NCBI GenBank assembly: GCA_965214775.1
Contig: OZ243974.1
Span: 2,368,001 to 2,432,000 of the forward strand
Origin: Nitrosopumilus sp.
GTDB lineage: Archaea; Thermoproteota; Nitrososphaeria; Nitrososphaerales; Nitrosopumilaceae
Reading direction: 5' to 3'
Length of the DNA stretch: 64,000 bases
Positions 55,101 to 64,000 of this stretch are shown here, one piece after another. The notes under the pieces were generated by a model. The model saw only the letters and a program-made list of their open reading frames with translations. It was not told the origin of the DNA and searched no databases. The stretch's first letter is position 1, and every line of letters begins with the position of its first letter. Made by a program: the position numbers and the translations under genes.

Positions 55101-57007
55101 TGGATTAGTCATTACGACCTAGCTGATACTGTGATAATGCAGTCGGGTTCGGTTTCAATCCTTGTTATGATGGATTAGTCATTACGACTCAAAAAGCACG
55201 GCTTTGCAGTCGACCCATGGCTGTTTCAATCCTTGTTATGATGGATTAGTCATTACGACCGAACAAATCCTTTAGTTCCGCTATCTTGGGATCAGTTTCA
55301 ATCCTTGTTATGATGGATTAGTCATTACGACAGAAAACTAGAAGAAGCCGTCGAGAACTTGAACAAGTTTCAATCCTTGTTATGATGGATTAGTCATTAC
55401 GACAAGAAAGATACAGTTTGATCTTCAAATGCGACTTGTTTCAATCCTTGTTATGATGGATTAGTCATTACGACATTACATCTATATACATAGATTTTTT
55501 ACAGCCCTCAGTTTCAATCCTTGTTATGATGGATTAGTCATTACGACCTCTTTTTTTGACTTTTTTGACTTTTTTTGATCGAGTTTCAATCCTTGTTATG
55601 ATGGATTAGTCATTACGACCGTCAATGAATTTCTGCGGGAGGTTTGCCGCCTGGGGTTTCAATCCTTGTTATGATGGATTAGTCATTACGACTCTGTATG
55701 AGCAGGGTACGGAAAACACCACGGTAGTTTCAATCCTTGTTATGATGGATTAGTCATTACGACCAACAACAACTAAGACAGCTAGACCCTGCCACCTTGT
55801 TTCAATCCTTGTTATGATGGATTAGTCATTACGACGGTCTCTAGTGCATTTACAATTTGGGTGCGTGTCGTTTCAATCCTTGTTATGATGGATTAGTCAT
55901 TACGACTGTTGTTTTAGCGTGCGTTTGGCCCATTGTGTTTGGTTTCAATCCTTGTTATGATGGATTAGTCATTACGACGTACGTGCAATACTGCTCAGAT
56001 TGCTGCGGGTCGTTTCAATCCTTGTTATGATGGATTAGTCATTACGACAAAGGCAGAAACGACACAACGTCTGTATGATATCTGGTTTCAATCCTTGTTA
56101 TGATGGATTAGTCATTACGACAGGATTATAGGGATGCTTTGCTGGATAGGGTAAAAGTTTCAATCCTTGTTATGATGGATTAGTCATTACGACTTTGCCG
56201 TTGACGTACCCCAACGCTTTCAAAATGTTTCAATCCTTGTTATGATGGATTAGTCATTACGACTTTTTGTTGTTGTGTCAATGGTTATACCGTGCCAGTT
56301 TCAATCCTTGTTATGATGGATTAGTCATTACGACAATACGGCCAGGGAGAAGTCAATTATGGCGAGGTGTTTCAATCCTTGTTATGATGGATTAGTCATT
56401 ACGACAGGGCAACAATATCAATCCAACCAAGGGTCAGCGGTTTCAATCCTTGTTATGATGGATTAGTCATTACGACCCAAAAATAGTTTCAATCCTTGGG
56501 AGATTAGTCAAAATTCAATCGTTTCCGCGAGGTGTTTCAATCCTTGTTATGATGGATTAGTCATTACGACTGGATCTCAATTTCAATTCATGGGTCATAG
56601 TTTCAATCCTTGTTATGATGGATTAGTCATTACGACTATAAAAATCGTTTTCCATGATCACCAGGTGTTTCAATCCTTGTTATGATGGATTAGTCATTAC
56701 GACTCATCGGCTCTTCCTGGATTTTATAATCATCAATGGTTTCAATCCTTGTTATGATGGATTAGTCATTACGACTGACTCTGAAACGGGCAGAGATCAA
56801 GTTTCCAGACGTCCAAATGTGGAGGGTTTCAATCCTTGTTATGATGGATTAGTCATTACGACGAACCAGGCGACAACTTTTATCCCGTCATACAATGGTT
56901 TCAATCCTTGTTATGATGGATTAGTCATTACGACAGATGACTTCAACAAATCTGCGGCTTTGAATCATACGTTTCAATCCTTGTTATGATGGATTAGTCA
57001 TTACGAC
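52114..57007 (-). CRISPR. CRISPR array, about 68 repeats of 37 bp (GTCGTAATGACTAATCCATCATAACAAGGATTGAAAC)
   Basis: Identical repeats apart from one SNP at ~52274; spacers mostly 33-38 bp; ATTGAAAC 3' end implies minus-strand transcription. Confidence 0.99.
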
Positions 57008-57090
57008 AGCCTGTATTTTGAGCGTTCAGGACATGAAATGACTTGATTTTTGACTCTTCCTCCGTGATGGTTTGCTGTTCTGTCCATTTA
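57008..57090 (-). promoter_or_regulatory. Probable CRISPR leader
   Basis: Between the cas4 stop and the first repeat in the inferred orientation. Confidence 0.6.
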
Positions 57091-57681
57091 TCAATCTATA
57101 TTTAAAAAACCCTCGGGGCACACCTTCCTGTAGCAGCAATTGAGACATCGATTGTCAAAGCTTGAGTCAGGCATAATTCCTGTACTGATAATTTTTTTTG
57201 TCTTGTGTAGCATATCTAGTGCAGTTTTTTTCACCGATTCGTCTATTGTAAACATGATCTCATCTCTTTTTTCCTTGTGAAATATTACAAACGCCTCGTT
57301 TACTGGCTTTTTCAAGTTTTCCTCCAGTAGGATGGCAAGAAGCCCGATCTGAACCCGAATTGTATCGTGCATTTTTGTATAATTAGAGAACTTCCTCTCA
57401 ATCAGCACTACCTGATCCTCCAACTCTATTGCCTCATCCACTATTCCAAAAAAATCATGGTATTTTGAATGAAATTTGACGGCAATTATCTTCTTGCCTT
57501 GCAGGTTTTTTGGCATAAATGCCCTGTTTGTTTTTTCATGTCTTTCATGAAACGCTTTACCGGCGGCTACTGTTCCTCTTTTTTCCTCGTATTGCAAAAG
57601 GCCAAGCACCTCTGAATAATATGTAAACTTTGGACAAAAAACATTTTCGACAACCGTTGTAACCGATATCATCGTATTCAA
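57091..57681 (-). CDS. cas4: Cas4
   Basis: 'FCPK', 'GIVD…IERK', 'RCLNCCYRKVC'. Confidence 0.93.
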   Translation of the reverse strand: MNTMISVTTVVENVFCPKFTYYSEVLGLLQYEEKRGTVAAGKAFHERHEKTNRAFMPKNLQGKKIIAVKFHSKYHDFFGIVDEAIELEDQVVLIERKFSNYTKMHDTIRVQIGLLAILLEENLKKPVNEAFVIFHKEKRDEIMFTIDESVKKTALDMLHKTKKIISTGIMPDSSFDNRCLNCCYRKVCPEGFLNID

Positions 57682-57983
57682 ATCACCTGCGAGGGCGTTT
57701 TGTCAGACACATAGTCTACATCAAAACTCTTTCCAAGTGTGGTTATTTTCCCAAAACACTGATTGCAGCTCATCATAAGATAGAAGGAATCCTCATCATG
57801 GGATATTATGGTTTTTATCTTTTCGATAAGATCTTTTTTTTGTTGCCCCGAGAGTTGGCCGCAAAACACGCTTTTTTGAATCCTGACTAGTCCTGCATCC
57901 TTTAGTACGTTTATCACTGCTTCCCTCACGGAGTTTTCAGTTATGTCATATACTGCATAATACATTACATGCTTTATGACAAC
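57678..57983 (-). CDS. cas2: Cas2 (start uncertain)
   Basis: 'VYDI', 'RIQKSVFCG'. Confidence 0.93.
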   Translation of the reverse strand, partial: VVIKHVMYYAVYDITENSVREAVINVLKDAGLVRIQKSVFCGQLSGQQKKDLIEKIKTIISHDEDSFYLMMSCNQCFGKITTLGKSFDVDYVSDKTPSQVI

Positions 57984-58984
57984 ACCACCTCCAAGTTTTT
58001 CTTTGTCAATTTTTCTATTATTTTTTTGCAATAGTTCCATGACGTCCTCTCTACTTCCTTGGAGTTTTCCTGTTTGTATGATGATAAAAGTGCGGCTCTC
58101 CCGCTCTTTGTAATTCTTATGCCAAGGTTTTCTGTGTCATCCATCTCATCCTCAAACCAGTCGTCTCTCACCATACGTTTGTTGAATAACGATACTAACG
58201 TCCTGTCTATTGTGGGTCTGCACATTTCTATTATGTCAAATGCAAGTGTAGGCTTGCCGTAAGAGTCTACGTGATAGAATCCCGCATTTGGATCAAGTCC
58301 TGATAAAATTATGGCTTTCTCAACCCCCGCATAGCCCATTCCATACATGTAGTTGAGTGATGCATTGAATCCGTCCAGTCCGGGATTTTGACTCCTTTTT
58401 TTAAATTGCCATTTTTTTGGCAGGCATGCAGATATGGTAGCAAAATACTCTGCGGCACACAGTCCCTCAAACCCCAGTAACCTCTGCTTGAAATTAAGCA
58501 ATTCGGACTCAAGATGTCTGACTTTTTGCCTAGTTTGGTCTATCAGATCTATTGAGCCATCAAGCTTTAAGAGTATTTCACTGCTTCCGGTTCGCTTCCT
58601 GTTGTTTTTGAGATCCAACAACAACTTTTTTTGTCCCTTGAGCTTTTCTAACACAATCTCTCTGGATATTTCTACTGCTGTTTTGGTGTCCGAGTTAAGA
58701 TACTGCATACGTCTGACCTCTGTAGTCTTGCCTGGGGTACTTGCCCACATTCGTGCATATGGCCTACCGCCATAACCTGCAAGAACCAACTGGATCTGTC
58801 TTTCAATGCACAGCTTTACAGCCTGTGTGCTTATCATTGCATTGGCAGTAACTATTATGGCCTCTATCTTTTCTGCAGGTATCTCTGTTGACTCCCTCTC
58901 GCCATCAGGCAGTTTGGTTTCTACCACAAAGCGTTCACGCTTGCGTCTTATGGCACTGCCGTGCGTAGATATCTCTAGTATCAT
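57974..58984 (-). CDS. cas1: Cas1
   Basis: 'LLGFEG..A..YF', 'NASLNYMY', 'GLDPNAGFYH', 'DIIE.CRP'. Confidence 0.96.
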   Translation of the reverse strand: MILEISTHGSAIRRKRERFVVETKLPDGERESTEIPAEKIEAIIVTANAMISTQAVKLCIERQIQLVLAGYGGRPYARMWASTPGKTTEVRRMQYLNSDTKTAVEISREIVLEKLKGQKKLLLDLKNNRKRTGSSEILLKLDGSIDLIDQTRQKVRHLESELLNFKQRLLGFEGLCAAEYFATISACLPKKWQFKKRSQNPGLDGFNASLNYMYGMGYAGVEKAIILSGLDPNAGFYHVDSYGKPTLAFDIIEMCRPTIDRTLVSLFNKRMVRDDWFEDEMDDTENLGIRITKSGRAALLSSYKQENSKEVERTSWNYCKKIIEKLTKKNLEVVLS

Positions 58985-59631
58985 GTCCTTCCTATTGCCC
59001 CGAATCCCTTTGATACGCTGTTACCTATGCCCATAAGATCTGGAAGGCTTAGGTTTGTGACAAATCGGGCGTAAAAAGAGCAGAACGGATTCTGATGTGC
59101 AACCACATATGTTGGTCTGAGTCTCTTTATACTGACATACAGCTTGTAGTCTATACTAATGCCTATTCCCTTCAACGCGCTGAGAAAGTTTCCAACCAAT
59201 ATATTCTCTAAAAACCTGTATTTCAGATCAGAACTTATCGTTTTGAATTTTTCATAGTTTTTAGAATTAAGTGCGATCCAGGGAGTCTGAAACTTGTATT
59301 GGGTTATGTCGTCTGTAATCTGATGCATGACGGTTGAAAACTCTATACTGGATACAGCTATTTTGCAGTTTGGCAACACGATTTCTTCCAAACTCGACAA
59401 TTTATCAAATACGATCTTGGCGTAATCTCCGATTCCGACCACCAGCAATTCGTCATTGATTTTTTTGTACTGCACAAGAGGATACCTGTACGGGTTTTCA
59501 TCATGGTGGTGAAATTCAGTATCCTGAAAGAATCTGTACCCAAGATAGCCGCGTAATTTAGAGGCCGAGATTCTTTTTTGCTCATGTATGTTAATCTTGG
59601 TATACGATATGGCTACGCTTTTTGAGTCCAT
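58981..59631 (-). CDS. cas6: Cas6 (Cas6b-like)
   Basis: 'KLRGY', 'YRYPLVQYK', G-loop 'GIGNSVSKGFG'. Confidence 0.9.
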   Translation of the reverse strand: MDSKSVAISYTKINIHEQKRISASKLRGYLGYRFFQDTEFHHHDENPYRYPLVQYKKINDELLVVGIGDYAKIVFDKLSSLEEIVLPNCKIAVSSIEFSTVMHQITDDITQYKFQTPWIALNSKNYEKFKTISSDLKYRFLENILVGNFLSALKGIGISIDYKLYVSIKRLRPTYVVAHQNPFCSFYARFVTNLSLPDLMGIGNSVSKGFGAIGRT

Positions 59632-59689
59632 GGTTCAAACCACATCTTTTCTACCATATAATTAATTGTGCGCCAATCTAATCCTATGC

Positions 59690-59772
59690 TATAGCAACGG
59701 GCAGAAGTCTTTGAGTCAAAGTAGGTCATAACTACACGTAAAAAACCTCAACTATTTCTGCTCGTTGCTATA
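59690..59772. mobile_element. IS630-derived MITE in the last codons of cas3
   Basis: TA-TAGCAACG…CGTTGCTA-TA; supplies the cas3 stop. Confidence 0.92.
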
Positions 59773-62002
59773 GTTTGCCATATGTAATCGTTGAGTCCTC
59801 AGACGAGTCATCGACAAGATGCCAGTCCAGACCCATCTTCTTGTGGTATATTTTTTGCAGGTGTTGTTTTTTTGGAAGCAGGATGTTCTTTTCCATTAGT
59901 TCATCATCAAACAACTCCGTGCCCACCTTCTCCAGAGGAATTGGAAGCATTGCAGTCATCTCCCCAAATCTTTTGACGATGCCCTGTGGTTTTTTTGTCT
60001 CAGCAATGCCAAGCAGTTTATTTCTAACAGAGTCCCATTCGTCCATGTCTGGCACAATTACAGTGTCCCTGTTGTCTTTTTCAGATATTAGTTTCCTAAC
60101 AAAATCCCATACATTTTCAAAATCCATCTCAGAGACAAGATGTTCTAGCTTGCTTGAATTGTTTATGTTGATTTGGTTCCTCTTAGAAATTTCCTCATAG
60201 TATTCTTTCAGAGCATCATAGATCTGTACGGAGTTTACCATGCCGCAGACTCTCTTTTCTGACTCTTGGAATTCTAACTGACTGTACGGCACGTGACTGT
60301 TGCCCTCTGTCGAGTATACTACTAACGTTGCATTTGGATTGTTGCCTTGTCTGTTGAGTCTACCCATGACCTGTATGATGTTGTCAAGCGGGGCCATCTC
60401 TCTGAACACGTGGGAAAAGTCAATGTCAACGCCTGCTTCTACTACTTGTGTTGCTACAAGAACATAGTCTGACATTTTTGGAAGATCTTTGATCAGATTT
60501 ATCCTGTCCTTTTTTCTGACTCCTGTGGAAATATACTCGATCTTTTTACCCCTGTTTGCCTGGCTGATCTCATTGTAAAGTCGTACGGCCTTTTTTCTGG
60601 TGTTGGCCATAACCAACGTGTTGTCGACTGGGATCGTTTTGATATCTAAGGAATCTACGACTGAAACATGCTTTTTCGTCAGATCAAGATATGAATCAAT
60701 CGTCTCCTCTGATATTTTCACACGCGCTACGTCACTGATCTCATGAGGTATCGTTGCGCTGACTAGGATGAACTTTGTTTTCATGTACTGACTCATTTTT
60801 TCAAAGATGTTTTTCAGGTTTGACAAGATCGGTTTTGGTATTGTCTGTATTTCGTCTACTATCAAAATCGAATTTCTAAATGATGCCATCTTCATTTTGT
60901 CCTGTGCCCTGTTTGAGTAGATTGTCATCAGGAGTCTTTGGGTCGTGGTAATGACGAATTTTTTATTAAATGACTCGTTTTCAAACACCCATTGATTGAT
61001 CCTGCCAAGCATTCCGTCGACGTGTTTGTCTTCCAGGGATGTTGAATGCAAGTGGTTGTAAATCAAAATGTCGTTTAGTTGGGACTGCTCTGACACCTCT
61101 AGGATTTTCTCCTCAAAATCTTCTGTCAGGGCAAGTAACGGGGAGAAGTAAAACACGCGCTCGACATCTTTGCGTTTTGAATAGTGGTTGATTATGTCTA
61201 AAAAGACCTTTGTCTTGCCGATTCCGGTGGGTGCATTGATTATTGATATGTTCTGCATGTAATCAAAATTATCCATGACCTGGCTTTGGAAGTCGGTGCG
61301 GAGTTTTGCAAGCGGACTGCTGGCGTTTCTTAATTTTTCAGTATTGAACTGCAGGTTGAATCTCGGCACGATCCAATCATTAAAACTGCCTCTATCGGCC
61401 TGAAGCAGGCACGAGAATGCATATGCCATTTCCAGATAGTCGTCAGGCGAGTTTTCGGATTTTAGTTTAAGATCAAAATCGATAGGGCGGCAGAACCTTC
61501 TTTTACCAGAGTCCCAGTTAAGCTTTGAAAATCCTGGTTTTTTAGACGCTTGCAAGGAAAATTCATCCATTTGCATGGCGATTTCATCCCTTGATTTTTT
61601 GATTTTTTGTTCGTTCCGTGAATTTTTTCCTAACTGTTGCCTGATTTTGGAGTGGTGTCCGTAGATGAGCACCGAAATCTTGTCAATCAGATCACGTTCT
61701 AACCCGGTTTTGTACAAGAGTCTCTGTGCGGCCCACGCAGAAAATATTGAATGCTCATGTGCATATGTTGACTCTGCCTCTTTCTCCGTGGTTGTTCCGT
61801 GAAAAACCGTCTGATAAAACGGGTTTATTTTTCCAAAGTCGTGTAGCAGTCCTGAATAAAACGCGAGTTTTGGGTTTCTGAAGAGTGTTTGTGAGAAAAT
61901 CTCTTCTGATTTTTCTGCGACTTCGATCAGATGCTCTATGAGGAGGTGCTTTTTTTCATGTATCGGATGCGAAAGAAATTTAGTACATGCAGACGACGTC
62001 AT
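59768..62002 (-). CDS. cas3: Cas3 HD nuclease-helicase
   Basis: 'LHDFGK', 'GHH', 'APTGIGKT', 'DEIQ', 'SAT', 'TQVVEAGVDID', 'GRLNR'. Confidence 0.96.
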   Translation of the reverse strand: MTSSACTKFLSHPIHEKKHLLIEHLIEVAEKSEEIFSQTLFRNPKLAFYSGLLHDFGKINPFYQTVFHGTTTEKEAESTYAHEHSIFSAWAAQRLLYKTGLERDLIDKISVLIYGHHSKIRQQLGKNSRNEQKIKKSRDEIAMQMDEFSLQASKKPGFSKLNWDSGKRRFCRPIDFDLKLKSENSPDDYLEMAYAFSCLLQADRGSFNDWIVPRFNLQFNTEKLRNASSPLAKLRTDFQSQVMDNFDYMQNISIINAPTGIGKTKVFLDIINHYSKRKDVERVFYFSPLLALTEDFEEKILEVSEQSQLNDILIYNHLHSTSLEDKHVDGMLGRINQWVFENESFNKKFVITTTQRLLMTIYSNRAQDKMKMASFRNSILIVDEIQTIPKPILSNLKNIFEKMSQYMKTKFILVSATIPHEISDVARVKISEETIDSYLDLTKKHVSVVDSLDIKTIPVDNTLVMANTRKKAVRLYNEISQANRGKKIEYISTGVRKKDRINLIKDLPKMSDYVLVATQVVEAGVDIDFSHVFREMAPLDNIIQVMGRLNRQGNNPNATLVVYSTEGNSHVPYSQLEFQESEKRVCGMVNSVQIYDALKEYYEEISKRNQININNSSKLEHLVSEMDFENVWDFVRKLISEKDNRDTVIVPDMDEWDSVRNKLLGIAETKKPQGIVKRFGEMTAMLPIPLEKVGTELFDDELMEKNILLPKKQHLQKIYHKKMGLDWHLVDDSSEDSTITYGKL

Positions 62003-62720
62003 TGCCTATTTCACAAAATTCAGACAGGTTTCTTTTCGAGTCTCTCGTAATTTCGATCCTAGAATCGTTTGTGGGGATCCAGTGTTTTAGGACACGTCCA
62101 TCAAATTTCCCCCCGTCAAAGAAATGGTGTATGTGCCTTTCTATAATAATTGAACCTCCATCCGTAATCATTTCGGGTTTGAACTGAAAATCTTGGTTGT
62201 AGGTTTCAGATTCGTCTAGTACCACGTACTGTGTTTCTTTGCCTTCGGCATCATTAACAATACCTACGTCAACCTCATTAAAGTCAGATATTATTGCGGG
62301 ACAGTATGCGTGTCCTAGGTACGGCGGATACATGAATTCATTTTTAGTTAGAGCTGATGAGATCGCGGCGTGGTTTTCCTTGTCCGCGTTAACGTAAATC
62401 GTGTATTTGGGACGTTCGACCACTTCAGTCTTGAACGGCTTTGTCTTGGCTTCTTTTAGAGAGCGGTGGTTTGTAAAGAAAGTCACTTTTTTCGGTTCAG
62501 ATTCTAACTTCAGACCAATCTTCACACTTTTAAAAAATTTCAGGTATTGCTTTCCATAAATCTCGTTTAGTGTGTTGGAGCGCTGGACTCCAATGATTGC
62601 GCCAAGTATACCTACTACCGCACTCTTTGACGGGATGTGGTAAACTGTCTGGTTGGTTGTAACAGATGGATCTCTAAACGCGGCAAAATCACCTGAAATC
62701 CTAAATGATATGAGTTTCAA
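61980..62720 (-). CDS. cas5: Cas5
   Basis: 'GDFAAFR…PSKSAVVGILGAIIG', 'PYLG'. Confidence 0.93.
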   Translation of the reverse strand: MKLISFRISGDFAAFRDPSVTTNQTVYHIPSKSAVVGILGAIIGVQRSNTLNEIYGKQYLKFFKSVKIGLKLESEPKKVTFFTNHRSLKEAKTKPFKTEVVERPKYTIYVNADKENHAAISSALTKNEFMYPPYLGHAYCPAIISDFNEVDVGIVNDAEGKETQYVVLDESETYNQDFQFKPEMITDGGSIIIERHIHHFFDGGKFDGRVLKHWIPTNDSRIEITRDSKRNLSEFCEIGNDVVCMY

Positions 62721-63640
62721 TCCGAAATAACTTCTACATTAAGCCCTTTATTTGCAAGATCTTTGGACAGATCTTCTATGTCTCCTGCGACGTCCTCAGC
62801 ACCCTTGATTCGTATCAATTCTACCTCTGACTTTCTTTTTGACATTACGCTTACAAGTTTTGAGAAGTCAAACGGATTCTTTCCTAGTTTCTTTGCCATT
62901 CCCTTTAATTCCTTATTTTCGTCAACTAGGTTTGGGAGATCATTGTATGTTTTGTCATTGTATTTTATGTCGATATACAGGATACTGCGCTGTGGGTATT
63001 TTGATCGAGTGGTTAGATTGTTTGTACCATTCCACATGCAGTCATGAATCATGGCTGACTTGCCTTCGAACTTTTCCATGATCTTTTTATCATCTGCATA
63101 CTTTGATAGGTTCCTTGGATTGAGTACGCCCTGTACTTTAATCAGCGCATACTCTACGGAATAAAACTTGCCGAATGTGGAAAATTGCTTTCCCTTTTTT
63201 TCCTTACCTACAAATCTTCCGACTATTGTCGGATTAATTATCTGCACTTTGTTTACGCTTTTTGATATTCCAAATTGCAGTGGACCTGTGAGTTTTTCTG
63301 ATCTCCCCTCGTCGTTTTCACCCTTTCTTATTGGCACCAATGCTCCAAACAGCGGCACGTCAAACGTCTTTTCCAGTAGCTTTGACATCACGTCTCCATT
63401 AAGGGATCCCGCTATCTCTTCAGCTTTGCCATCTGCAGCGATCGCCTCTCCTTTTTCATCATAATCGACAAACAGTGTTTCGCCTCTGACATCTCGTGCG
63501 TAATCTCGCATGGTTCGTTTGATTCGTACATCGGTCACCATTATGGTATCATCTGGCATCATTCGAGGTTGATTTTCAAACCCTGGATCTCCGTTTGGGT
63601 TCTGCATTGATTCGTAATAGAATAAAATCTCAGTACTCAT
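62717..63640 (-). CDS. cas7: Cas7 (Csh2/Cas7b)
   Basis: 'NPNGDP…N.PR', 'VTDVRIKR..RDY', 'LFG', 'TGPLQF'. Confidence 0.95.
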   Translation of the reverse strand: MSTEILFYYESMQNPNGDPGFENQPRMMPDDTIMVTDVRIKRTMRDYARDVRGETLFVDYDEKGEAIAADGKAEEIAGSLNGDVMSKLLEKTFDVPLFGALVPIRKGENDEGRSEKLTGPLQFGISKSVNKVQIINPTIVGRFVGKEKKGKQFSTFGKFYSVEYALIKVQGVLNPRNLSKYADDKKIMEKFEGKSAMIHDCMWNGTNNLTTRSKYPQRSILYIDIKYNDKTYNDLPNLVDENKELKGMAKKLGKNPFDFSKLVSVMSKRKSEVELIRIKGAEDVAGDIEDLSKDLANKGLNVEVISD

Positions 63641-64000
63641 ACCATCATCTCCATTTTACTATAGTATCCCTTGAAAAAGAAATACGAATAATCCTTTGAT
63701 GCGGCATCATCGGTAATTTCCTTGTCAGGTTGCAGAGATCTGATCTTATCAGTAGCATTTTTCTTTTTTTCATCTGAGGTTTTTGATAACTGCACACCTT
63801 TGCCTATCCGTGCTACGATAAAACGGAGTCTTTCTCGGTCATATTTTGAATATGTCAGGATATCCGACAGCGAATTATCCATTTCCCCAATGTTTTGTTT
63901 AAAGTCGATGTATGCCTTGGCAATCTGACCTATCTTTTCGGCAAACTCTTCGTTTTTATCCATGTATGAGTATGTATCTTTGCCCCTATTACATAAATGT
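63637..64000 (-). CDS. cas8b: C-terminus of the probable Cas8b large subunit (runs off the window)
   Basis: Open to the window edge, overlaps cas7, ends 'YFFFKGYY'. Confidence 0.7.
   Translation of the reverse strand, partial: HLCNRGKDTYSYMDKNEEFAEKIGQIAKAYIDFKQNIGEMDNSLSDILTYSKYDRERLRFIVARIGKGVQLSKTSDEKKKNATDKIRSLQPDKEITDDAASKDYSYFFFKGYYSKMEMMV

Noticed and set aside
55548-55582. Spacer resembling 30765-30785 (TTTTTTGACTTTTTT), possible self-targeting
   Set aside because: Low-complexity partial match only
53088-56989. ORFs inside the CRISPR array
   Set aside because: Translations of repeats (FNPCYDGLVITT)

Overview
Archaeal accessory/defence region, most likely from a Nitrosopumilaceae/Cenarchaeum-like thaumarchaeon. 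That assignment is an inference from Hel308, the DUF2299-like and small Zn-finger proteins, the 'VPAWVRN' surface motif and TATA-type promoters. The window holds a type I-B CRISPR-Cas locus (cas8 partial, cas7, cas5, cas3, cas6, cas1, cas2, cas4 and about 68 repeats). It also carries many toxin-antitoxin modules (RelBE-like, AbiE, two Fic/Doc, HicAB, a fused HTH-nucleotidyltransferase), a TIR protein, a DUF4143 ATPase, two helicases and a dense mobilome: IS5-, IS630-, IS66- and IS110-family elements plus at least 8 MITE families, several nested. The main discovery is an IS110 (IS1111-type) element present in four copies. Its right-end non-coding region has two matching hairpin loops, one spelling the donor junction and one the target. 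Every copy sits at the G|TA terminus of an IS66-type inverted repeat. The 8-nt right-target guide differs between the full-length and the deleted copies and covaries with the IS66-MITE family hit, while the left guide is reduced to GTA. Two copies carry tandem duplications that start exactly in their own guide-coding DNA, suggesting self-targeting. All calls are by eye; no searches were run.
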